64,000 nucleotides of DNA from an uncultured Flavobacterium sp. (GTDB lineage Bacteria; Bacteroidota; Bacteroidia; Flavobacteriales; Flavobacteriaceae), in contig CAYOCC010000007.1 of assembly GCA_964402375.1 (NCBI GenBank), positions 8,238-72,237 of the forward strand, in the 5' to 3' direction. This document shows positions 10,612 to 19,193 of this stretch, one piece after another (position 1 is the first letter of the stretch; each line of letters begins with the position of its first letter). The position numbers were made by a program, and so were the translations under genes. The notes beneath the pieces are model-generated. The model saw only the letters and a list, made by a program, of their open reading frames with translations. It was not told the origin of the DNA and did no database searches.

Positions 10612-12075
10612 TTATTTTTCTAATTGTTTTAATAATTCTTGTACAATTTTCATATCGTCAAAATCCTGACGGGTTCCGTTTATTTCTTGATAAGTTTCAT
10701 GACCTTTTCCCGCAATCAGAATAATATCGCCTGAATTTGCCATTTGACAAGCGGTTTTTATGGCTTGTTTTCTATCTAAAATAGAAAGTGTTTTTTTAAA
10801 ATGCTGCCCTTCTACTCCAACTTCCATATCTTCAATTATTGTTTGAGGATTCTCTGTTCTTGGATTGTCTGAAGTAAAAATGGATTTATCACTCAATTTG
10901 GCTGCAATATTTGCCATTATTGGTCGTTTTGTTTTATCTCTATCTCCACCACAACCAACAATTGTAATTAATTGTTCGTTTTTTGTACGAATATTTTCTA
11001 TAGTTTTCAAAACGTTTTCCAAAGCGTCTGGCGTATGTGCATAATCAATTATTGCTGTAATTTTAGTGTTAGAAATAACAAACTGAAAACGGCCTGAAAC
11101 ACTTTCTAATTCCGATAACAATCGTAATGCTTCTGTGCTCTCAATTCCTAATTCAATTGCTACTCCATAAATAGCTAAAATATTATATGCATTAAACGAA
11201 CCAATTAATTTGGTCCAAACTTCTTCGTTATTAATTTTTAAAACCAAGCCAGATAATTGATTTTCTAAAATTTGTGCTTTAAAATCAGCATAGGTTTTTA
11301 AGGCGTAAGTTCTTTTTTTGGCCAATGTGTTTTGAAGCATTACTTCTCCGTTTTTGTCATCAATATTTGTAATAGCAAAAGCAGATTTTGATAAACCATC
11401 AAAAAATGATTTTTTAACATCTCTATATTCAGCAAAAGTTGCATGGTAATCTAAATGATCATGTGATAAATTGGTAAACACACCGCCTTCAAAATATAAA
11501 GATTCGGTACGTTTTTGATGAATGCCATGTGAGGAAACTTCCATAAAACAGAATTCGCAACCTATTTCAACCATTTCGTCTAAATATTTATTAATAGTTA
11601 GCGAATCTGGTGTAGTGTGAGTAGCTTTGTATTCAACCTCATCAACCATAATTTTAACAGTCGATAATAAACCTACTTTGTATCCTGCTTTTTTAAACAT
11701 TTGATACAATAATGAGGCAATTGTAGTTTTTCCGTTAGTGCCTGTAATCCCAACTAATTTTAGTTTTTTCGATGGATTATCGAAATAATTTGCTGACAAA
11801 AATGCTAAGGCTTGATTAGCGTTTTGCACCTTCACATATGTAATATTTTCTGTTAATGATGATGGCAAATCTTCACAAACAACAACAATTGCACCTGAAG
11901 AAATGGCTTTGTCAATAAATTGATGACCATCTGAAAATGAACCTTTTATTGCAACAAAAACATCGTTTTTTGAAACCTTTCTAGAATCAAACTCAATTTT
12001 TTCTATAGCCAAATCTGTAGTACCGTGAACCGATTCAATTGTTACTTTATATAATATGTCTTTTAATAAGCTCAC
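10612..12075 (-). CDS. murE: UDP-N-acetylmuramoyl-tripeptide synthetase MurE (meso-DAP type)
   Basis: GITGTNGKTT, MEVSSH, DYAHTPD, DNPR (DAP specificity), AGKGHE. Confidence 0.97.
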   Translation of the reverse strand: MSLLKDILYKVTIESVHGTTDLAIEKIEFDSRKVSKNDVFVAIKGSFSDGHQFIDKAISSGAIVVVCEDLPSSLTENITYVKVQNANQALAFLSANYFDNPSKKLKLVGITGTNGKTTIASLLYQMFKKAGYKVGLLSTVKIMVDEVEYKATHTTPDSLTINKYLDEMVEIGCEFCFMEVSSHGIHQKRTESLYFEGGVFTNLSHDHLDYHATFAEYRDVKKSFFDGLSKSAFAITNIDDKNGEVMLQNTLAKKRTYALKTYADFKAQILENQLSGLVLKINNEEVWTKLIGSFNAYNILAIYGVAIELGIESTEALRLLSELESVSGRFQFVISNTKITAIIDYAHTPDALENVLKTIENIRTKNEQLITIVGCGGDRDKTKRPIMANIAAKLSDKSIFTSDNPRTENPQTIIEDMEVGVEGQHFKKTLSILDRKQAIKTACQMANSGDIILIAGKGHETYQEINGTRQDFDDMKIVQELLKQLEK

Positions 12076-14054
12076 GATAATTCTATTGATATTATTTGGT
12101 TTTTTTTAAAAGTTTCACCAGGATTGATAGATTGTTTTTTGACTTTCCCTATTCCTGTAAATGTTACTTTTAATCCTAAATTTTCTAATAATGAAACAGC
12201 ATCCATTCCAGCCATTCCTTTAAGATTTGGCATTACGTTTGTAGTGCCTTGTGATTTTTTTTCAAATTCTCGAAATAATACTTCTTGTTTAGGACTTTTT
12301 AATTTTATGTTTTTGAATTTATTTGTACTTGGTACATCTGTAAATATTTTTTGAGCAATTCTTTTAAAAACTGGACCTGCCACATCGGCGCCATAATATC
12401 CTTTTGATTTATCTGGATTATGGACTACCACTATGCAAGAATATTTTGGTTGATCTGAAGGAAAATATCCAACAAATGATGAAGCATATGACATTTCTGC
12501 TTTACTATAATCTACCTGAGCGGTTCCCGTTTTTCCTGCCATTGAAAAATCTGCAGAATACAAACCTTTTCCTGTTCCGTTCTTTACTACGTTTTCCAAT
12601 ACTTTTCTAACTTTTAACAAAGTTTCATCGGAACATATTTTCGGATTAATAACTTGTGGATCGTATTTTTTAATGGTTTTATTCCATTCTTTAATTTCAC
12701 TTACAAAAATTGGTTTAACCATTTTGCCATCATTTGCTACCGCATTATACAAGGAAAGTGTTTGTAAAGGAGTCATGGAAACGCCATAACCAAATGCCAT
12801 CCAAGGCAACGTGGTGCCATACCAATTCTTAGCTCCCGGTTGTGGAATTATAGGTTGTCCTTCTCCTTTAATTTGAAGACCCTGTTTTTTATTTAGGCCG
12901 TAACTATTGATTCTATTGATAAATTGCCAAGGATTATTTTTATAAGCTTTATATGTTGCTTGTACTAAAATGGTGTTTGAAGATACTTCAAAACCTTTTG
13001 CTAATGAGGCTATTCCGTATCCGTGATGATTTGAATCTTTAACTGGTCTACCTTGAATCATAACTATACCACCATTAGAATTATATACAGAACTAGTATC
13101 CGCTTTTTTATCGTCAATAAGCGCTATTAAATCCATTAACTTAAAAGTAGAGCCAGGCTCGTGAGATTCCGTAAGAGCATAATTTTGTGTTTCAAAATAC
13201 GTTCCTTCTTTAGATTTTCCTAAATTTGAAATGGCTTTTATATAACCCGTATTGGTTTCCATAACTACTACACAACCATGATCTGCTTTATAAAACTCTA
13301 ATTGTTTTAATAATGCATGATGCGCAATGTCTTGAATAAATACATCTATAGTTGAAATTACATCGTACCCATCAACTGGATCTAATTCATTAATATCAGA
13401 AATAGGTTTCCACTGATTTTTTGCAATTTTTTGCATCCAATGGTGCCCATTTGTTCCGTTTAAGTATTTACGAAATGCGTATTCTAAACCTTTACCTTGA
13501 TTGCCGTCGCGTTCATAACCTATAGTTCTGTTTGCAATTAGGCCTACAGGATGTTTACGCACCGTTTGCTGTTCGGCAATTATGCCGCCTTTATTAGGCC
13601 CCAATCTAAATAGTGGGAACTTTTTTACGCGCATGTATTCGGTAAATGTTAATTTTTTTGCGACTAAAAAATACCTGTTTTTAGTGTTTTTTGCTTTACG
13701 TAAATCCCTTTGAAATTCGCCAGAAGATTTTCCAACTAACTTGGCTAAAGAGTCTGATAAGGCAACGTAATATTTTTCAAAATTTTCTTCAGATGGCGTT
13801 ACAGCATCAAAACGAATAGTGTATTCAGGAATAGAAGTGGCCAATAAACTTCCATCTGAAGAATAAATATTTCCTTTATTGGCAGGGATTTCGAAATTTT
13901 TAACAGTACGTTGTTTGGCTAAATTTCTATAATACTCACCACCTACCCATTGTATGTTAAATAATTTTATTGCAATTGCAAAAGAAAACGCAACAACGCA
14001 AACCACCACAAAGGCTAGTCGGTAAGAAATTATATTGTCGTTTTTTATTGCCAT
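12072..14054 (-). CDS. ftsI: Penicillin-binding protein FtsI with C-terminal PASTA domain
   Basis: EPGSTFK (SxxK), SSN, KTGTAQ; C-terminal MPNLKGM PASTA-like segment. Confidence 0.93.
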   Translation of the reverse strand: MAIKNDNIISYRLAFVVVCVVAFSFAIAIKLFNIQWVGGEYYRNLAKQRTVKNFEIPANKGNIYSSDGSLLATSIPEYTIRFDAVTPSEENFEKYYVALSDSLAKLVGKSSGEFQRDLRKAKNTKNRYFLVAKKLTFTEYMRVKKFPLFRLGPNKGGIIAEQQTVRKHPVGLIANRTIGYERDGNQGKGLEYAFRKYLNGTNGHHWMQKIAKNQWKPISDINELDPVDGYDVISTIDVFIQDIAHHALLKQLEFYKADHGCVVVMETNTGYIKAISNLGKSKEGTYFETQNYALTESHEPGSTFKLMDLIALIDDKKADTSSVYNSNGGIVMIQGRPVKDSNHHGYGIASLAKGFEVSSNTILVQATYKAYKNNPWQFINRINSYGLNKKQGLQIKGEGQPIIPQPGAKNWYGTTLPWMAFGYGVSMTPLQTLSLYNAVANDGKMVKPIFVSEIKEWNKTIKKYDPQVINPKICSDETLLKVRKVLENVVKNGTGKGLYSADFSMAGKTGTAQVDYSKAEMSYASSFVGYFPSDQPKYSCIVVVHNPDKSKGYYGADVAGPVFKRIAQKIFTDVPSTNKFKNIKLKSPKQEVLFREFEKKSQGTTNVMPNLKGMAGMDAVSLLENLGLKVTFTGIGKVKKQSINPGETFKKNQIISIELS

Positions 14055-14404
14055 ATTTTTAATTTATCTATAAAACTTTTTTCTGCTGGTTTTCGTATTA
14101 CAATCTTTTTTGGAGGAACTGTGGATGGAATAATTTGCCTTGTTTCCATTTTTTTGGAAACAGTTGATTCCATTTTTAATTTCATTAATTCGGAACGTGT
14201 ATCTACAAATTTTGAACGCAATTCTTTTACTTCATTTGTTAAACTTGTAATCCTATAATTTTTTTCATCGTAGTTATGGTTAAAATAAACCATCAACATA
14301 GCTAATGAAAAAACGAAAATTATAAATTTCCATGTTTTAAGTGCGTCATCATCAATTAAGAATTTCGCTTTTAACAGACTATATATACTGCTTTCTTTTG
14401 CCAT
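14045..14404 (-). CDS. ftsL: FtsL-like cell division protein
   Basis: Small TM plus coiled-coil protein between rsmH and ftsI. Confidence 0.8.
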   Translation of the reverse strand: MAKESSIYSLLKAKFLIDDDALKTWKFIIFVFSLAMLMVYFNHNYDEKNYRITSLTNEVKELRSKFVDTRSELMKLKMESTVSKKMETRQIIPSTVPPKKIVIRKPAEKSFIDKLKIWQ

Positions 14405-15312
14405 TATTTTTTTTCTGCTACACGAAGTTTTGCACTTCTAGCTCTATTGTTTATTTCTATTTCTGCTGCTGAAGGCACAATTAATTTTTCAATACTTTTA
14501 AAAGGCACTTCAAAATTTCCGAAAAAGTCGCGTTCTGGCTCTCCTTCAAACATGCCGTTTCTTATAAATCTTTTTACCAATCTGTCTTCTAAAGAATGGT
14601 AAGAAAGGACACTCAATCTTCCTCCAGAAACCAATAATTCTTCTGTTTGAATTAAAAATTCTTTTAAAACTTCAATCTCCTGATTTACTTCAATACGGAT
14701 GGCTTGATAAATTTGAGCTAATATTTTATTCGCTTTATGTCCAGGTAAAAAGCGAGACAAAACCTCTTTTAGTTGCTCAGAATTTTTAATTTTTTTGTCT
14801 GCTCTTGCAGCTACAATAACATTTGCCATTGCGCCACCGTTCTTTAATTCTCCAAAATCTAAGAAAACTCGTTTTAATTCATTTTCTGTATAATCATTTA
14901 TCACTTCATAAGCAGAAAGCGTATCGTTTTGGTTCATTCTCATATCTAAAGCACCATCAAATCGTGTAGAGAAACCTCTTTCTGCTACATCAAATTGATG
15001 AGAAGAAACTCCGAAATCGGCTAAAATCCCATCAACTTGTTTAACGCCATAAAAACGTAAAAACCTTTTAATAAATCTGAAATTTTCATTAATTAATACA
15101 AATCGTTCATCATCTATAGTATTTGCCAATGCGTCTGTATCTTGGTCAAAACCAAACAATTTTCCGTTTGGTCCTAAATGCTTCATAATTTCTCTTGAAT
15201 GTCCGCCGCCGCCAAAAGTGACATCAACGTAAATTCCGTCTGGTTTAATATTTAAACCGGCAACCGTTTCTTTTAAAAGTACTGGGTTATGATATTCCAT
15301 CTTCCGCGTCAT
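14404..15312 (-). CDS. rsmH: 16S rRNA m4C1402 methyltransferase RsmH
   Basis: HNPVLL, DVTFGGGGHS, GVSSHQFD, YHSLEDR, RARSAKLR. Confidence 0.97.
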   Translation of the reverse strand: MTRKMEYHNPVLLKETVAGLNIKPDGIYVDVTFGGGGHSREIMKHLGPNGKLFGFDQDTDALANTIDDERFVLINENFRFIKRFLRFYGVKQVDGILADFGVSSHQFDVAERGFSTRFDGALDMRMNQNDTLSAYEVINDYTENELKRVFLDFGELKNGGAMANVIVAARADKKIKNSEQLKEVLSRFLPGHKANKILAQIYQAIRIEVNQEIEVLKEFLIQTEELLVSGGRLSVLSYHSLEDRLVKRFIRNGMFEGEPERDFFGNFEVPFKSIEKLIVPSAAEIEINNRARSAKLRVAEKK

Positions 15313-15757
15313 TTTGGTTACCCATTACTTCTTCGGCTAAATCTGCAAAATCTACCATCGCATGATCTAATGCTGACTCATATAAATTTTTATCCCAAAT
15401 TTCTATAATTGAAACAGCAGATGATAATACAATATCTTTATCTATTTTAGAAAACAACACCAAATCCTTCGGAATTAATAACCTTCCTGTTGCATCAATT
15501 TCAACCATTTTTACACCAGCAGTAAAAGCTCTAATAAAATCGTTGTTCTTTTTTACGAAACGATTTAACTTGTTAATTTTCTGCATAACAGTGTTCCATT
15601 CCTTCATTGGATACAATTCTAAGCATGGCTGAAAAACGGATCGCTTTAATACAAAACCTTCTTCAAAATTACCCAGTTGTTTCTTAAGAGGCGCAGGTAT
15701 CATTAACCTTCCTTTTGCATCAACTTTGCACTCGTATGTTCCTAAAAATGTATTCAA
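15287..15757 (-). CDS. mraZ: Transcriptional regulator MraZ (TTG start)
   Basis: DAKGRL and DATGRL duplicated AbrB-like motifs; first gene of dcw. Confidence 0.95.
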   Translation of the reverse strand: MNTFLGTYECKVDAKGRLMIPAPLKKQLGNFEEGFVLKRSVFQPCLELYPMKEWNTVMQKINKLNRFVKKNNDFIRAFTAGVKMVEIDATGRLLIPKDLVLFSKIDKDIVLSSAVSIIEIWDKNLYESALDHAMVDFADLAEEVMGNQNDAEDGIS

Positions 15758-15783
15758 CTTTTATAAATGAATTATTAATGAGA

Positions 15784-15870
15784 CAAATTTAAAAAATATT
15801 TTACCACTTTTTACCACAAAATACCACTTTGTTAATAAGTTTTTATGAAAAAATGATAGAATTACCACTT
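15784..15870 (-). promoter_or_regulatory. dcw promoter with MraZ-type direct repeats
   Basis: TAAATTTG -7 box (15784-15791, minus strand); TACCAC at 15802, 15812 and 15822 (10-bp period) plus one at 15863, i.e. GTGGTA on the coding strand, like known MraZ GTGG boxes. Confidence 0.8.
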
Positions 15871-16086
15871 ATGGGCTGAAAATACAGATATTGACAAAGA
15901 AATTAAGTTTTTAACTATGGTAGCTATTATTGAAAAAACACTGTTAATTTCGGTAATAATTCTCAAAACAATTTGAAAATTAGGGTTTTAGCTAGAAAAC
16001 AATTTAATAATATTTAATAGTAAACAAATGTGAAAAAAAAATGTATTTTTGTAAATATTAGATGATTTGATCACGAAGATGTTTTT

Positions 16087-16842
16087 ATGATAAAGAAAGA
16101 AAAAAAGTATACTTATTTTGAAGCAGGTGAAGGTACACCAATAATCGTATTACACGGTTTGATGGGCGGGTTAAGTAATTTTGACGGGGTGGCCAATTAT
16201 TTTCCAAATAAAGGATACCAAGTGATTATTCCTGAATTGCCAATTTATACCCAAAGTTTATTAAAAACTAACGTAAAAGCATTTGCCAGATATGTAAAAG
16301 ATTTTATTACTTTCAAAGGATTGGAACGTGTAATTTTGGTAGGAAATTCACTAGGTGGACACATTGGTTTATATTTTACTAAACAATATCCTGAATTAGT
16401 TAAAGGATTAGTAATTACCGGTAGTTCAGGATTATACGAAAGCGCCATGGGTGAAAGTTATCCAAAACGTGGTGATTATGAATACATTAGAAAAAAAGCT
16501 GAAGACGTATTTTACAATCCGGAAGTGGCCACAAAAGAAATAATTGATGAGGTTTTTGCAACCGTAAACGATAGAATTAAATTATTGAAAACTTTAACCA
16601 TTGCCAAAAGTGCCATTCGTCATAATATGGCTAAAGATTTACCTAAAATGCATGTGCCAACATGTATTATTTGGGGAAAACAAGATAAGGTAACTCCACC
16701 AGAAGTAGCTGAAGAATTTAAAAAACTGCTTCCAAATTCTGAATTATATTGGATTGACAAATGTGGTCATGCCGCTATGATGGAAGAACCAGATCAATTT
16801 AATGAACTTTTGTTTGGTTGGCTTAGCGAAAAAAAATTATAA
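16087..16842 (+). CDS. Alpha/beta fold hydrolase
   Basis: VLHGLMG oxyanion, GNSLGG nucleophile elbow, Asp (QDKVT) and His (CGHA). Confidence 0.9.
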   Translation: MIKKEKKYTYFEAGEGTPIIVLHGLMGGLSNFDGVANYFPNKGYQVIIPELPIYTQSLLKTNVKAFARYVKDFITFKGLERVILVGNSLGGHIGLYFTKQYPELVKGLVITGSSGLYESAMGESYPKRGDYEYIRKKAEDVFYNPEVATKEIIDEVFATVNDRIKLLKTLTIAKSAIRHNMAKDLPKMHVPTCIIWGKQDKVTPPEVAEEFKKLLPNSELYWIDKCGHAAMMEEPDQFNELLFGWLSEKKL

Positions 16843-16911
16843 ATTCTCTTTTTGTGAAGAGAAAAATATCCTACGTCAATCTTTTGAGTAGCTTTTAATA
16901 CTATACATCAA

Positions 16912-17529
16912 ATGAAAATTAATACCGCCGAATTTGTAATTAGTAATTCTGTTGTGGAAAAATGTCCGAAAGACAGAATTCCAGAATATGCTTTTATTGG
17001 ACGATCAAATGTTGGAAAATCATCGTTAATTAACATGATTACCAATCATAAAAACCTTGCTAAAACCTCTGGAAGACCTGGAAAAACACAATTGATCAAC
17101 CATTTTTTAATTAATAAAAACTGGCATTTAGTAGATTTACCAGGTTATGGTTACGCAAAAGTTTCAAAAACCACAAAAGCAAAATTTCAACAATTTATTA
17201 CCGATTATTTTGAAAGCAGGGAACAACTTATTTGTGCGTTTGTTTTAGTAGATATTAGACACGAACCTCAAAAAATTGATACTGAATTTATTGAATATTT
17301 AGGCGAAAGTGAAATTCCGTTTTGTATTGTTTTTACCAAAGCAGATAAGTTAGGAAAAACGCATATTCATAAACACGTGGAAGCGTACAAGAAAAATTTA
17401 TTAGCCAACGATTGGGCAGAAATGCCACAATATTTTATTACCTCAGCCGAAAGTGCTGTGGGTAAAGAAGAAATTTTGACTTATATTGACGAAGTGAACC
17501 AAAATTTGTTTACGGGTTCAGAATTTTAA
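16912..17529 (+). CDS. engB: Ribosome biogenesis GTPase EngB/YihA/YsxC
   Basis: GRSNVGKSS, PGKTQ, DLPGYG, TKAD. Confidence 0.95.
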   Translation: MKINTAEFVISNSVVEKCPKDRIPEYAFIGRSNVGKSSLINMITNHKNLAKTSGRPGKTQLINHFLINKNWHLVDLPGYGYAKVSKTTKAKFQQFITDYFESREQLICAFVLVDIRHEPQKIDTEFIEYLGESEIPFCIVFTKADKLGKTHIHKHVEAYKKNLLANDWAEMPQYFITSAESAVGKEEILTYIDEVNQNLFTGSEF

Positions 17530-17571
17530 TATAGGTACACGGATTTTAAGGGTTTAAGCGGATTAATATAT

Positions 17572-19080
17572 TTACTTTACCAACAACGAATGTTGCGTCA
17601 TAACTTCCGGCTTAGCAATTCCCATTAAATCTAAAATTGTTGGGGCAATATCTCCTAAAACCCCTGATTTAATTTGTATTTTATCGTTATCTACCAAAAT
17701 TACAGGCACTGGATTGGTTGTATGTGCCGTATTTGGCGATCCATCTGGGTTTATCATCGTTTCACAATTTCCGTGGTCGGCAATTAAGATTATGGTATAA
17801 TTATTTGCTAAAGCGGCTTCAATAATTTCTTTTACACAAACATCAACAGCTTCACATGCTTTTATAGCTGCTGGCATACTTCCGGTGTGCCCAACCATAT
17901 CGCCATTTGCGAAATTTAAACACACAAAATCCACTTCGCCTTTTTGTAATTCAGGTACTAAAGCGTCTTTTAATTCGAAAGCACTCATTTCTGGTTGTAA
18001 ATCATAAGTGGCTACTTTTGGTGAGTTTTTTAATATCCTAGATTCCCCAACAAATGGTGCTTCTCTTCCACCAGAAAAGAAAAAAGTTACGTGCGGATAT
18101 TTCTCTGTTTCTGCAATTCGAATTTGTTTTTTTCCAGATTTAGAAAGTACTTCACCTAATGTTTCAGTAATATTGTCTTTATCATAAATAACGTGAACGT
18201 TTTTGTAAGTGTCGTCATAATTGGTTAAAGTAACATAATACAACGGTAATTTGTGCATATTTTGCTCATGAAAATCGGTTTGCGAAAGCACTTCTGTTAA
18301 TTCTCTACCTCTATCTGTACGGAAATTAAAGAAAATTACCACATCATCAGGTTGTATAGTTTTACCTTCTGAAGAAAATAAGGGCTGAATAAATTCATCG
18401 GTTACATTTGCATCATAACTTTTTTGAATACTTTCAGCAAAATTTGAAGTTTTTTCGCCTAAACCATTGACTAGTAAATCGTAAGCTAATTTAACACGTT
18501 CCCAACGTTTGTCTCTGTCCATTGCGTAATATCTTCCAATAACTGATGCTAATTTTGCATTCGTGTTTAAAAGAAAATTTTGTAAATCTTGTATGTATTT
18601 TTTTCCTGATTTTGGATCTACATCTCGACCATCTGTAAAGGCATGAACAAACATATTTGATACACCATTTTCTTGAGCCGCTTCAATTAATCCGTGTAAA
18701 TGTGAAGTGTGAGAATGCACGCCTCCATCTGAAACCAATCCTAAAAAATGAACGTTTTTATGATTCTTTTTTGCGTAATTGAAGGCATCAAGTAAAGGCT
18801 TTTCATTTTTTAAAGTATGATTTTTAATTGCTAAATTAATTTTTGCTAAATCTTGATATACAATTCGTCCTGCGCCTAAATTCATGTGACCTACTTCTGA
18901 ATTTCCCATTTGACCTTCTGGCAAACCTACGTGAAGTCCGTCTGTACGCAATTCGGCATTTGGATATTTTTTGTATAAAGAATCTATAAATGGTGTATTG
19001 GCATTGTCTATGGCGGAAACTTTAGGGTCTGGAGAATTTCCCCAACCGTCCAAAATCATTAAAATTACTTTTTTGTTCAT
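17572..19080 (-). CDS. gpmI: 2,3-bisphosphoglycerate-independent phosphoglycerate mutase
   Basis: ILDGWG, QMGNSEVGH, AETEKYPHVT, DMVGHTG, ADHGN. Confidence 0.97.
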   Translation of the reverse strand: MNKKVILMILDGWGNSPDPKVSAIDNANTPFIDSLYKKYPNAELRTDGLHVGLPEGQMGNSEVGHMNLGAGRIVYQDLAKINLAIKNHTLKNEKPLLDAFNYAKKNHKNVHFLGLVSDGGVHSHTSHLHGLIEAAQENGVSNMFVHAFTDGRDVDPKSGKKYIQDLQNFLLNTNAKLASVIGRYYAMDRDKRWERVKLAYDLLVNGLGEKTSNFAESIQKSYDANVTDEFIQPLFSSEGKTIQPDDVVIFFNFRTDRGRELTEVLSQTDFHEQNMHKLPLYYVTLTNYDDTYKNVHVIYDKDNITETLGEVLSKSGKKQIRIAETEKYPHVTFFFSGGREAPFVGESRILKNSPKVATYDLQPEMSAFELKDALVPELQKGEVDFVCLNFANGDMVGHTGSMPAAIKACEAVDVCVKEIIEAALANNYTIILIADHGNCETMINPDGSPNTAHTTNPVPVILVDNDKIQIKSGVLGDIAPTILDLMGIAKPEVMTQHSLLVK

Positions 19081-19193
19081 CGATGAAGTATTAATTTACG
19101 AAGTTACTAAATTTTTAAACGCCGACTTAAAAAAGTTAATAACGAAAAGGTTTTCTTAATTTTAATATTACGAAATACTTAAAAAATAGTTAT

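Noticed and set aside
1-15757. Absence of murF, ddl and murB from the dcw cluster
   Set aside because: Usual arrangement in Bacteroidota; the genes are expected elsewhere
16844-16863. Hairpin TTCTCTT-TTTGTG-AAGAGAA between hydrolase and engB
   Set aside because: Weak stem and no U-tract on the coding strand
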